A stretch of 62,945 bases of DNA, the filler included, from Reticulomyxa filosa (taxonomy: Eukaryota; Protista; Foraminifera), in assembly GCA_000512085.1 (NCBI GenBank). It is 16 parts of 16 records of this genome, joined end to end, with 100 filler letters (N's around TTAATTAATTAA, not from the genome) between each part and the next. Parts side by side here need not be neighbours in the genome. Positions count along the whole stretch, not along the records: positions 1 to 7,395 come from ASPP01004767.1; positions 7,496 to 9,705 come from ASPP01013861.1; positions 9,806 to 12,408 come from ASPP01040741.1; 13 more parts are not named here. One strand, 5' to 3'. The notes below the pieces were generated by a model, which searched no databases, was not told where the DNA came from, and saw nothing but the letters and a program-made list of their open reading frames with translations. Shown here piece after piece: positions 1-12,508 of this stretch. Numbering within the stretch: position 1 is the first letter of the stretch; every line of letters begins with the position of its first letter. The translations under genes and the position numbers were made by a program.

Positions 1-138
1 TGTAATGAGTTTGGAGTTTTTTTTTTTTTTTTTAAAATCTCCAAAAAAAAAAAAAAAGGATATACATATGTCTTGAGTATTTATACTAATATAAAAGAAA
101 AAGATTTTTTTTTTTTTTGAATGCAATTGATTTCATAG

Positions 139-351
139 ATTTGGAACAATGCCGGAAGGATCAAACAATTTGCAACGCATTCACTCGATCTGAAGGGTTT
201 TTTTCATGACGACGTTTGCGCGCTGCTAAAACTGCTGTCGAGGTTTGTTGAGTTATTGGAACATCCGGACACCTTTATGCCGCTAGCAATGTTACGTACT
301 CCCCTTCTCCTTTTTGTGCCAACACTGACCGTAGTATCAAAAAGGGATATT

Positions 352-382
<31 letters not shown>

Positions 383-674
383 GTATATGTTATATGTAAA
401 AAAAAAGAGTCAATTTGTAATTGCTGGGAAAACTTAGACCTATATCGTTGAGCGAGAAGAGCATCCACGAGGCTCAATTGCATCAGTTGAGACAAGCGAA
501 CGAAGTTTTGCGCAAAAAAAAAAATCACGCTTCGAACGCTTTGCAGCTGCCAGCAGCATCAAATCGACCCTCCAATGGACAAGGACCAACGTATAACGAG
601 GACGATGAAAACCTTAATTTGATCAAGTTTTTATTCTTTATTTGCAAAAGTGCAAGAAAAAACTCTTTAAAAAA

Positions 675-705
<31 letters not shown>

Positions 706-1429
706 GAGACGCTTTTTCCAGAATCGAGAACACCAATATATACAACGAATGGAATTTGAAATGTTGCAAGTAATTCAAAACATATTGCAGATGATTTGGG
801 ACATGCACAACGACTCGACTTACCAAGATAAAATGTTGTATCTGTTCAAACCTGATTTGCAGGAATTTGTGTCGCAATCGCAAAGCAAAAAAGACGACAT
901 TCGTCCTTCTTTGACTGTGCTGTTATGTTTGGTCAATTATTGCATTGGCGTATTCAAGTCTCTGTACACAACCGATCACTTTGTCTCTCATGGCGGATTG
1001 GCGTCCTATTTGTTCTCGCAATATTTAGACCAAGGTCAAGACCTTGGCCATGCCGCATACTCCTTGTCGAGAATGGAAATTGAAAAATCATTGTGGACTG
1101 TTTTATCTTTAGCCTACTTAAATTTATTGTTCGAGATTGATGCCTATCATAAGCATCGACCGCAAGACTTGGACGAATTCCATTTCAGAACCCACGCCAA
1201 ATTACTCCATTCCTTGGATGACAGGTTGACACGTTTGATTACCAACATTGATCAATTCCTTCTTCAGCAACTCCACATGAAGTCTGATGACTCCATGTCT
1301 TCCAATTTAAAAAGGAGGTCTGTTGTTCTTTCTCCAGCGCTGATTACCTATGCTACTGCGCAAATTCGATTTGTTCATCGCATAAGAAAGACCCTCCATG
1401 CTGATTTGCTAAAGAGAATTTCTAACTGA
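139..1429 (+). CDS. hypothetical protein, multi-exon, 5' incomplete
   Basis: Coding-like exons separated by AT/homopolymer introns; intron 627-708 joins ...NLIK to RFFQNREHQYIQRMEFEM in frame with ORF 749-1429. No family recognised. Confidence 0.55.
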
Positions 1430-2843
1430 AATGTTTTTTTTTCCCTCCCTCCAAACGGATTATTAAAAAAGAAGAGTCCATCTCTATGGGCTTGGTTCTA
1501 TGAATTAACAATTTCAACAGCAAAATACATGTTGATTATTTAGATATTGAATTTGATTGTAATTGTTATTTCAAAAAAAAAATCGTTTTTTTTTTTGGTA
1601 ATTTAAACTATTCACTTTTTTAACGAATAATCCATACACAATAACGACATTCGACTGTTATGCTTGTACTTTTCTTCAATTATATCGTGAATGATTTCCT
1701 TTATTGTCTTCAAACGAATAATCATTTGCAGAATACCTGAAGAACATATTCATTCATCAAATCAACAATTCGGTTAGGATGAATTTAAAAACTTAGGTCA
1801 GATCCAAGAAACGACATAACCAAGGTGTTTTGATGAAAAAAGAGTTTGTCAACTAGGTTCAATGTATTGTCTAAAGCAAAACAAATTTCAAAAAAATTTT
1901 TGTGGTTATCTTGCTCATAATAAACTACAACAATTGTTGAAACAAAAAGAAAAAGAATATGATCCGAAATAAATTGAAATCAAAAAAGGTTAAAGTAAAA
2001 TGGAAATCTTGGCACTTGTTTTTTTTAATTCTCTTTGTTATAAAACAGCTTTGGCAATTGAAATTTTTCTAGTTTGAAGTAAGTATAACAACAAAGAGAA
2101 AAACAGTAAAATCGACAACGGGTCGCAAAAGGGTTAAAGTTTATTTTTTTTACGTTAGACAAGATTGGTAAAACTATTGTATCTTGTTCACACGGTCAAA
2201 CAATTCGATTATGGAATGTTAAAACAGGAAAGTAAACACAGAGACAGAATTAAACCACAATTGGACAAAATCAATAGACATTTCTCAAGATAACACAATT
2301 GTGTCATGCTCAGATGATAAAATAATTCGAATTTGGGGATGAAAAAATGTGCACAAACAAACGAAAACGCTGTTGTAAAATTTTTTTTCAAAATTAATGA
2401 GTTTTTGCTATAATGTCACGTGAGTTATACATATACAAGAGTTTGTTTTTTTTTAATGAAATGCAAATCGATAACCATTGATTAAAAATGAATTTCGTTT
2501 TTATATAATACACACCTAGCAAATTTAAAGAATAGAACAACATATTGTGTGTCTCATTTTTAACCAATTTTTGGTCTCTTTCCACACGTGGAACGCACAA
2601 ATTTTGAACGTTCCTTTTTTCTTTTTGTTGAAAAACTCTTAAACTCTACTTTGTGAGATATTGTTCTTGCTCTAACTAAAGTTAAAAGCCTTTACTTACA
2701 TTTAACAAAATATGAAATATATTTAATGAACATAATAATTATAATAAATAAAAAAGAATTATATGTATGTATGATATATTATTAATTGATGTTAATATTT
2801 GGAAAGATATTGAATTGTAATGATGAAAAAAAAAAAGTATAAA

Positions 2844-3900
2844 TTATCCCCAAATTTGAATCTTATAATCATAAGAACATGATACAATTGTATTACCATC
2901 AGATGAAATATCAATACTTTTTATACAATTAAAATTTCCTTCTAATTTGAATAATTCATGTCCTGATTTTATATCCCATAAACGTATTGTATTATCATTT
3001 GAACAAGATATAATAGTTTGATTATCTGGAAAATATTTAATATCATTTATATCATCTAAATGTCCTTGTAATATTTTTAATTGATTTCCTGTAATTATAT
3101 CCCATATTCTTATTGTTTTATCCCATGAACATGATAAAATAAATTTATTATTTAATGAAAATTTTACACTTGTTACAATATTATAATGTCCTATAAATTG
3201 TTTTAATATTATTCCTGATTTTATATCCCATAAATAGATCATTTTATCAATAGATGATGATAAAATAATTTTACCATTTGATGAATATTGTACACTTTTT
3301 ACACTATGTAAATGTCCTTCAAATTTATATATTTCTTTTTTTAATTTTATATTCCATATTCTTATTGTTTTATCACTTGAACCTGATACAATATTATTAC
3401 CATTTGGAGAAATATTTATATCATAAACTGAATTTAAATGTCCTTCTAATTTTATTTTTTCTTTTCCTGTTTTTATATCCCATAATCTTATTGTTTTATC
3501 ATTTGAACATGATATAATATAATTTTCATCTAATGAAAATATTACATTATTTATACAATCTATATGTCCATTTAATATTTTTATTTGTTTTCCTGTTTTT
3601 ACATCCCATATTCTAATTGTTTCATCTTCTGATGAAGATACAATTGTATTTCCATTTGATGAAAATTTTACACTTCTTACTGACATTTCATGTCCTTGTA
3701 AAATTTTTAATAATTCAAAATATTTTATCTATCATTTTATATCTTATATTTTATATCATTTTTTAATTTATCTTATTCATTATAAATAATATAACTTAAC
3801 ATATTTTATAACTATTTTATCCAAATCATTAATCCATCCTATTTTAATATTTAAAATTCGAATCCAATTGTTAATTATTATTTTTATATCTTTTTTTAAC
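2844..3900 (-). CDS. WD40-repeat protein (very AT-rich copy)
   Basis: About 7 GH...SxDKTIRIWD repeats in ORF 2844-3686; upstream exon encodes IINNWIRILNIKIGWINDLDKIVIKY; ends IQIWG. Confidence 0.9.
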
Positions 3901-4374
3901 TTATTTTTATATCAAATACAATACATTCATTTGTATTTCAAACAGGTTTACGAAAGGTAAAAGAAAAAGTCTTACCAAAGGTGATGAGTTCTGTTCAGTT
4001 TTGTTCACAACAGTATTCAACAAGAAAGAACTCGTCATTTCACTTGACTTTTATCATAGTAGAGTCAACTAGTTTAAAGTTCAATTCAAAAGTTGTACTT
4101 TTGTTTTCCCTTGCTTTTTGTCATTTGATCTACTACAATATATCCTTATTTATCTTTTGGAAACATTCTATTGATTTTTGATGAGTTTTTCAAGATCTTG
4201 TCTCTTGCGAAATTGTTTTTGTTGAAAGAGAAATTCGAAAAGTTTTCAATTTATGATCTAGCTTAAGGTTTAAGAAAGCATGAGCAGGAAAACACATTAA
4301 TTCAAATCCATGTCTTTGACATCTTTTTTTTATTGTTATTTTGTAATAAAACAGAACATTTATGAAAATGAAAT

Positions 4375-5514
4375 CTATCCCCACATGCGTATGCGGCCAT
4401 TGGCTGATCCATAACATAAAATATCTTTATTTTTAGTTTTGTTTTGTAAAGAAAAAAATTGAAAGCAATATATTCCATTATCATGGTCATCTCCTTGTAT
4501 TTCGTATAATTGTTTGTTAATTCGAATATCCCAAAAACGAATCGTATTATCAAATGATCCAGAGCATATTGTATTTATATTTTCAAATGGTAAATATTCT
4601 ACACAAGTTACATAATTTGTGTGTCCTTTTAATATTTGGACCTCCTTTACATCTCGAATATCCCATAGACGAACTGTTTTATCATCTGATCCAGATAATA
4701 TTGTATTCCTGCTATCAATCCTTAATCCATGTGGTTCATATTTTACACATCTTACAACATCTTTATGTCCTTTCAAAACAACTATTTTTTTACATTTTTC
4801 AATATCCCAAATGTGAATAGTATTGTCATATGATCCCGAACAAATAGTATAACCATTACCACCAATAACACCAAAACTGTTACACTTATTATTATCGCTG
4901 CGACTTGATAATTGTGAAAATTCTACATGTGTAACGCGATGTGTATGTCCTTGAAAAACGTGTAATGATGAATATGTTTCAATATCCCATAAATGAACAG
5001 TATTATCCCATGAGCCAGAACATAAATATCGACCATTATTAAATGATGAAAATTGGATGCTACGAACAGAATCAGTATGCCCATTAAGTGTTCGAATTTG
5101 ATTATTGACTTGGTAATCCCAAAAACGAATAGTTTTATCAGCTGAGGCAGAACAAAGAATGGGGAGCTTATTGTTATAGTAATGATATGACGAAAATTTC
5201 ACTGAATACACTTTGTCAGAATGTCCATCCAATTTTTTCATTTGTTTAAATGTTTCTAAGTCCCATATACGAATTGTTTTATCACATGATCCAGAACATA
5301 TATATCGATTCTGATTAAATATTGAATAATCAATACTATGTACTGCTTCAGTATGTTCATTCAGAGTTTTAATTACTTTCGCAGAATCAAATAAACAAAA
5401 TAGCGATTGAATTGATTCCTGTTCTGCTTTCTTTTCTGTTTCTATTTCTTTTTCTAAGATTTGATTGTTATCTGCTTTCTGTTTACCTTTTTTATTATCT
5501 TTCAACTGTTTCAA
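4375..5514 (-). CDS. WD40-repeat protein
   Basis: Repeated GH...CSGSxDxTIRxWD units, C-terminal IRMWG. Confidence 0.92.
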   Translation of the reverse strand: MKQLKDNKKGKQKADNNQILEKEIETEKKAEQESIQSLFCLFDSAKVIKTLNEHTEAVHSIDYSIFNQNRYICSGSCDKTIRIWDLETFKQMKKLDGHSDKVYSVKFSSYHYYNNKLPILCSASADKTIRFWDYQVNNQIRTLNGHTDSVRSIQFSSFNNGRYLCSGSWDNTVHLWDIETYSSLHVFQGHTHRVTHVEFSQLSSRSDNNKCNSFGVIGGNGYTICSGSYDNTIHIWDIEKCKKIVVLKGHKDVVRCVKYEPHGLRIDSRNTILSGSDDKTVRLWDIRDVKEVQILKGHTNYVTCVEYLPFENINTICSGSFDNTIRFWDIRINKQLYEIQGDDHDNGIYCFQFFSLQNKTKNKDILCYGSANGRIRMWG

Positions 5515-5775
5515 CTCAGCAAAAATCTTACGCTGTTTATTTTTTTTTTTTTCAATATATTTTATATAAACAAAATATTTTTGCTTTTTTGTTTTTGTTT
5601 CTTTTTTCTACTTCAAAACTGAATTTTCTTTGAGAGTCGTTAAATTATCTTCATTGCTTTTCTTTTTTAATTCCATTTCAAATTTTAGTTGCTTATTTTG
5701 TGATTGCAAGCTTACTACTTCTTTCTATTTTTTTTTTTTTTTGTTCGTTTGTTTGTATATTTGTTTTTTTATGTT

Positions 5776-6408
5776 TTAAAAAAATGAAATAACTTGAAGC
5801 GATAGAAATGTTTGTTTCAATACATTAAATGATTTTGTCACCAAATCAAAATGCATTTTCATATTTGAAATTAAGTGTTCTTGTAAATGGTATCTAAGAC
5901 AGCTATGATCACATCCAAATGGCTTAAACCAACAATCAACGGATGCTAAAGGACAATCATTATCTAAATGATTATTTAAATCTTTTACTTTTCCTTCAAA
6001 ACTACACTCAATGTTTTGCATATGTGGTTGGAAATCTCGTTGGAATTGTAGTGGACACATTATCTCTAATTCACTAATAAGTAATTGCGCAAATTTACTT
6101 TTACTACATTCACAATTGTCATGCGATTGAACAGGACAAGAATTCGGAGCTGATTTAAAGAATTGCTTTAAACATTCTTCACCAACTATTAATGATGCGT
6201 CTAAACTTGCGTGTTGCGGACAATTAATTTCAATTGGGTTATTGGCAACTTGTTTACAAATTAAACAAATTAAATCATTGATTTTATTACTATCATTTAA
6301 TTGTAAAATCCAGTTTATGTTGTAACAAGAGTGTCGCAAAGAAGGGACAAGTTCCCTGTCTCTCGTTTCTGTATTATTCTCAGGTCCCAATCTCAGCATT
6401 TTCTTCAA
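5776..6408 (-). CDS. TRAF-type/RING-like zinc-finger protein exon (may splice onto the downstream WD40 ORF)
   Basis: CLICKQVANNP..CPQH..GEECL..CPVQSHDNC..CPLQF..HLDNDC..CWFKPFGCDHSC..HL; same strand and upstream of WD40 ORF; ends near a GT donor. Confidence 0.75.
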   Translation of the reverse strand: MKKMLRLGPENNTETRDRELVPSLRHSCYNINWILQLNDSNKINDLICLICKQVANNPIEINCPQHASLDASLIVGEECLKQFFKSAPNSCPVQSHDNCECSKSKFAQLLISELEIMCPLQFQRDFQPHMQNIECSFEGKVKDLNNHLDNDCPLASVDCWFKPFGCDHSCLRYHLQEHLISNMKMHFDLVTKSFNVLKQTFLSLQVISFF

Positions 6409-7155
6409 AAAAAATTTTTAATATGATGAAATGGACTATATAACTATCAAATATCTTTTTCAGGTCGAAACTGAACGAACAAACCTGTCTGCATATCAAA
6501 AATTGCTCATTCGCATTATTGACATTTGAGAATGTTTCTATTAATTGTAAACTTCTTTAAAGTATTATTTGAATTTAAATTGCTATAATAATCTTTACAT
6601 ACTAATAGGATAAAATGCATATCTAAGTTTTTAAACTGGTAAAAACATAATTCAAAGAAGAAAGTACAATGCTATATACAACTCGCTTACAAATGCAAAT
6701 ACGAATCATGCCTACATACAATGGTTATAACGCAAAATAGGCAATCAGAAAGAAATCAAAAACAAATCTTGAAATTCCCTTTTGAAAGACAAATCAAAGG
6801 AAATGATTAACATAAATACTTTTCAGAGTGCAAGGACTGTGTGAAAGACAAGACAATTCGATCGATTATGTAGAATTAAGAGTGACACAAGCCTTTTATG
6901 ATTTAACAATAAACACAGTTGATATAATCAACTGATAAAAACAATTTAGTCAATGCGTTGTTCACAAATATGGAAGTAATTTATGACTTAAAATTGCAAC
7001 ATATCCATCATAACATGTTATTAATTTAATTTAAAATAAAAAATCAAAGTTAAAGCCATATTTAAAAAGGAAATATTTTAATTTTGTTTCTATATGTCAA
7101 GATTTATTTTTTTTACAATAACATTATCAAAATCATCAGTCCATAGATAATAAAG

Positions 7156-7300
7156 TCATTTGGTTGCTGTTGTCGCTACACAGTGTCCGTCTAGTGTAAC
7201 ATGACTTGGATACTCGCACATAAATTTATATTCGTTTTTGAGTGTATGATAAGAACAGCAAACTTTTTGTTCATAGCCTCCACAAATGAGGAGTTTAACT
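7156..7300 (-). pseudogene. Kelch-repeat protein remnant
   Basis: LLICGGYEQKVCCSYHTLKNEYKFMCEYPSHVTLDGHC, then decays. Confidence 0.55.
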
Positions 7301-7395
7301 ATTAAATGGGATTTATTTGTGCAAAAAATAAAATAAAAATATTCTCCAATCAAACATACAACCAAAACAACTTCAAAGAAATTTTTTTTGTTTTT

Positions 7396-7495
7396 NNNNN
7401 NNNNNNNNNNNNNNNNNNNNNNNNNNNNNNNNNNNNNNNTTAATTAATTAANNNNNNNNNNNNNNNNNNNNNNNNNNNNNNNNNNNNNNNNNNNN
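7396..7495. other. artificial contig linker N44-TTAATTAATTAA-N44 (15 copies in window)
   Basis: Identical 100-nt linker with stops in all six frames, starting at 7396, 9706, 12409, 14187, 22721, 25084, 32581, 34629, 36921, 38543, 42820, 43920, 45536, 60141, 61334. Confidence 0.98.
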
Positions 7496-7524
7496 TTTTT
7501 TTTTTTTTTTTTTTTATGAAATAC

Positions 7525-7974
7525 CAAACCCAAATCAATCGCTTGGTCTAATAAACACTTTTCCACTTCTCCTGAAAAATGATACGCTGACAACAGTCCG
7601 CCGAGTAAGCGAATTGTCATATCGAATTCGGCCACATTGGCATTTATGTTAAAACTGAAATTGCAAATCAGGTCTTTGGTTTGCTCTGCCAAATCTGTCA
7701 AATTCATTATGTAAATTGTGTCCAGTGCGTCGATTGGCGTCCACAATGTGGAGTACCCGGAGGAGTAGTCCACATACGAGGACGTCAGTGGTAGCAACTC
7801 GTCATGTCCCCACGCATACTGCTGATATGCACTGTACCCGTATACAAACTCTTGCACTACCTCATTTGCTACGTCTGCCGCAGAGAGAGAGGCGTAACGA
7901 TTGTCTGCAGTTATTAATGGTGACAACAACACCAAGGGACACAAGATGGCGAGTAATATACGATTCATCATCAT
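7525..7974 (-). CDS. glycoside hydrolase family 47 (alpha-1,2-mannosidase-like), N-terminal exon, cut by gap
   Basis: Signal peptide MMMNRILLAILCPLVLLSPLITA; motifs YAWGHDELLPL, TPIDALDTIYIM, FDMTIRLLGGLLSAY. Confidence 0.88.
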
Positions 7975-8943
7975 TTGCAACCAATGATTGAAGTCAAACA
8001 AAATGTGAACGTGTTTTTTGTCAACCAAAAACTTAATTTGCTCGTTGCAATACAAATAAAAAAGTTTATCCATGAACAGTCCGGTATAAAATCCAATTTT
8101 TTTAAACAATTCAAGTGTTAGTGTGAGATACTTGAGGAAAAATAAATGCATTTCTAAAAATCCACTTCACTTTGAAGGTGAATCTTTTTTGAAATGTTTC
8201 TACATTCAAAAAAAAATATTGAAAAGTTGGTTTGCCCGCTGTAGATACAAATTAAAAGCTCGCAATAATTAAATCTTAGATTTTCACGCAGAAAATACAC
8301 TCGTTTATTTCATATGTCAACTTTTTTGCATAATGTGGTTTGTAACAACTTTGAGTGTTCTGTGGCAAACTTATTTCTCAAAAAAACGAATTTTTGAAGA
8401 AAATATAGGCTTGTAGTCAGCAGCAACAAAAAGGGGGCTTTTGAAAGATTTTGTTCTTTGGTGTTCTGGTATAGGCATTCCGAAGAGGGACGTTTTGCAT
8501 ATTGTTTAACAAGTTGTTTGTGCATTTGCAAATGTATGGTATCAAGAAAACGACAAAAGAGGTACGTACTTTCCAAACAACCGGAGCGACAAGTGTGTTG
8601 TCACGGATTGAGTCTGTAAATTTTTTGATAACGACGCTACATGAACCTTTTTTTTTTGTGGGTGCGTATGCTTCAAGGATGCACGAACTGCTTTGTTCTT
8701 AGATTTTGCACATTTTTTTAACAAAAAATTGCACTCCTCAAAAAAAAAAAAAAAGTTCGGCGATGTCAATCCGTGGCGCTGAACTAACAACATAAAAAAG
8801 TTTGCACAAACTGTAAATAGATTTTTGGACACAGTTTTTGTTTATCACCGATTTAGATGCAAAAAAAAAAAAAAAGTGTTTATGATTATGATTGCAAGTA
8901 ACAAATTTGAACCCCAAACAAACAAACAAACAAAAAACGTAGA

Positions 8944-9650
8944 TACCTTTCTTTGAGGATCTGGAAGAAAGCAGTACGAAGAATCAAGAAAAGGGTATCT
9001 GGACAGTTGGTGAAAACAGTACGGTTATAACCGATGAGAGTGCATCCACACCCGAAAATGATACAAAAGAAGTTACAGAAATATAGAGAAGGGGGGGGGA
9101 GGAGAGGAGGGAAGTGGAGAAGAAGAGAGAGATTTTTTTTTTTTTTCCCCTCTTTCACTTTACTCCTCCGTCACCTATCCTACCTCCTCTCCTTGCTTCC
9201 AGCTTTTTTTTAAAAAAAAAAAAAAAAACCAGTGATACGCATACTGCATGAAATGATCACAGGAAAACGAAAGCGAAAAACTCCACAATGACGTCAAAGT
9301 TGTGTTCGTGTGTGTGTGTGTCTGTGCATACGATTTCGCAAAGTAAAGAAAAAATGGCTTTATGGTGGGTGGTACATATACAGACACGAAAATGGAGACG
9401 GCTGTACCAATTTATCTTCAATGTCCTGAAGGACGAAAGTCGTGTTGAATATATGAACGATTTGTTCGATGAAATTGAAAGAAGCAACTGGACCGAAAAA
9501 GAATTTTTTAAGCTTATCATTACGTATACTCCAATGGCGGGTGCCCCCACGATCAAACATTTGATCGCTTGTTGCGACAATATCCACATTTTCGCACTTG
9601 TTGACAAAATGTGTGACGATTATGGAATCAAATTGATTACAATGCCTCTG
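8944..9650 (+). CDS. hypothetical multi-exon protein, partial
   Basis: Exon-like segments DLEESSTKNQEKGIWTVGENST... and TRKWRRLYQFIFNVLKDESRVEY...; no family recognised. Confidence 0.45.
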
Positions 9651-10701
9651 GTCTTTTTTATCTTTTTTTTTTTTTTTTTTTTTACATGCCATGAGGAACA
9701 AGAAANNNNNNNNNNNNNNNNNNNNNNNNNNNNNNNNNNNNNNNNNNNNTTAATTAATTAANNNNNNNNNNNNNNNNNNNNNNNNNNNNNNNNNNNNNNN
9801 NNNNNTATTATTATGTTGAAATTGAAGTATGGCACCACTTGTCATAAGTCGTGAACATTCCAAAAAATAAGATTGTTTTCAACAAACTAGCCGTGGACCC
9901 GACCGGAAGTACACACTGTCCGCCTTAGATTGACCTTCAGTCCAGTGCCCATCCAAAACGTCGCCCGTTGAAGCAAGAGACAATACAAATTATATAATCT
10001 ATTCTTTGATGTATATAGTTATAAATCTAACTTATATAAATTCTCATGAGCCAAACTTTTTTTTTTTTTTTGTCAAAGAACTATTCAGAAAATGTTATAT
10101 TTCACTGAACGAGCTTATCTTTTCCTTTTCTGTAATCTGGGAAATGGCAATTTTCTTTTACCTTTTGAACTTTTTGCTTTGATAACTGAAGTCGTTTATT
10201 TTTTTTAAATGATAAAGTATTGAATAATTATTCGGATTATTAATTGAGAAAAAATTCTTGCAATATGTAAACATTCAACTGCAAAAGAATTGTTTTTTTA
10301 AAAAATAAAAACAGTTGGCCAAATCATTTATTCAAAAAAAAACTCATTCATTACGAATGTTCAACATAGTACGAAACACAGACAAAAATCCACTTTTAGA
10401 AAAAGCCTTTAGTCTTTTTCAATTGTTTTACTTGTTGGATTAGCGGCTTGTGTTTGTGGGCTTCGAGTTTGAGCATAGTTTGTCCGACATCTGTTGATAC
10501 TTTTCCTAATTTATTTATTTATTTGGATGTCTTTACTTGTTTGTTATCTTGTGGAATTTCTTGTTTCTTCTTCTTTGTTATTGTTGTCTGTTGCTTTTTT
10601 AGTTTCAACTTTTTTATGTTTCTTGGACATGTAATTCAGAAGTCATTGGATCTAATTATTTCAATACATTCTGTATAAATTTCAAAAAATTTATTTAATT
10701 A

Positions 10702-10893
10702 TTAATTATAATATAATATTATAAAAAAAAATAAAAAATTTATTGAAACCTGAATGGCAACACACAATTGTTTCAATGCACAAGCAGCGCAACATGACAT
10801 TTGAATTACGACACCTCCTTGGGTAGCATGCATCACAGCAAATACTGTGTCGAGACCACCTTTACTTAAAATATCATCGCATTTTTCTTTCAT
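10702..10893 (-). pseudogene. armadillo-repeat-like fragment
   Basis: ILSKGGLDTVFAVMHATQGGVVIQMSCCAACALKQL resembles one ARM repeat; flanks interrupted. Confidence 0.4.
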
Positions 10894-11995
10894 TATTTTT
10901 TACCAATCAAACAAAACATTTCAATTAAAAATAGTAAAAAAAAAAATGGTAAATCTTAGCAACAGACAGTAGTATGAATTTTGTTATCTGTGTTAAATAA
11001 CGACATGCTTGAGCCATCTTGAAATCACTCCTATGTTCCAATTTCGCACCATTTTTAAGTACGATAAAGTCTCATCAACACTCCATTCAGTAATTGGTTT
11101 ATCTATATCATTATTATTCGTTTTTGTCACAACCAATTTGTAATGATTTTTTTTAAAACGTATAATTTCAACACGTGATAGTCAAGAAAAGGAAAAAATA
11201 AACAATCACTTGATGTTTCTCATTACGCAGTAGAAAAAAAAAATAGAAAGAGGGTCTGTCAAAAAAAAAGGGGGAAAAAAAAAGAAAACGTATACAAAAA
11301 TTGTATTTTTTAAAAAGGCATATTAGGGGCACCATCGTCCATTTAAGTTCAAAGGTTGAATATCAGTAGATTTTTTTGCCGTGTTTTGGGTTGTGGCTTG
11401 TGTTGTGGTCTTGTTTGCAGAGGATTAGTCGTTGCCTTTGTGGCTGCTGCCGAGGAAGTTGAAACTGTTTTAGCAGATTCTTGCGTCCTTTTTTACCATA
11501 GACACTGATCTTGGCGAGATTGGGATTGAATTTGGGGCGGGGGTGGGATTTGGGTTTGAACTTGTGGTGCTGAGGGCTGTGAAGCCACAGACTTTTTTTG
11601 AATGTAAGTCTAATATTCTATTTCAGCAATGATCTTGAAAAAAGCTCAAAAATAAGCATCTAAATAATTGAACCCTTTTGTCTTTTGAGTCCAATTCAGT
11701 ACAATGAATGCTACGTTTGCAATCAAAGCCAAAAACTTTACTGAGTTTACAAACATTTGTCCTTTGGAGAAATGCGGCAGTGAACACTCCAATAAGTCGT
11801 GTACTTCTTTATGTGATCTTTTTTCTTTTGATTGCACTAGATCTTGGAAATCAAAGTGTTGGGCGGGTTTTGCATTTGTCTTCTTTTCTTCTTCCATTGT
11901 GCCAAAATGTCTTTTTATTGTCCAAGCAAATTTGTTTTTAAAAAAAAAACAACTAAGAAAATGAAAGGAACAGCATCTAACTGATGAAATAAAAT

Positions 11996-12408
11996 CTAAT
12001 GTTGATCCAAAAGTTCAAAGTGATCTTTAATTTTCTGTCCCCATTGAAACGAATTCTGTCCAAATTCGTCAGCGCCGTATACGTAGATCTTTTCCTCGCC
12101 GTTGCAAATGAGAAAAGTGTTCTGACAGCCAATGACAATTTTGTGGCAAGTGTCTTTAGGAGGAAGACGACACATCAGAACAGGCACAGTAATCAACTGA
12201 GAAAGTTTTTTATTAAACGATATTTCGTAACATGCATTGGAGCCAAATCCATACAATTTGTTGTTTCGAGTTAGCAGCAGAGTGTGGTTAAATCCGCATT
12301 GGATACGAGAAATGTTGTGAAAATGCGTTACAATTTTGTAAATGTCATTGTCATTTGTATCAACATTTCCTGTGGGATTGCTATTTGGAATTACGAGTGA
12401 GTTGTCGC
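11996..12408 (-). CDS. RCC1-repeat-like protein fragment
   Basis: YGFGSNACYEI...KIVIGCQNTFLICNGEEKIYVYGADEFGQ pattern. Confidence 0.5.
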
Positions 12409-12508
12409 NNNNNNNNNNNNNNNNNNNNNNNNNNNNNNNNNNNNNNNNNNNNTTAATTAATTAANNNNNNNNNNNNNNNNNNNNNNNNNNNNNNNNNNNN
12501 NNNNNNNN

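Noticed and set aside
9806-9990. Coding-like frame with TAA/TAG at Gln-like positions, suggesting an alternative genetic code
   Set aside because: Intact genes here end in TAA/TAG and contain none internally; C-to-T pseudogene decay is simpler.
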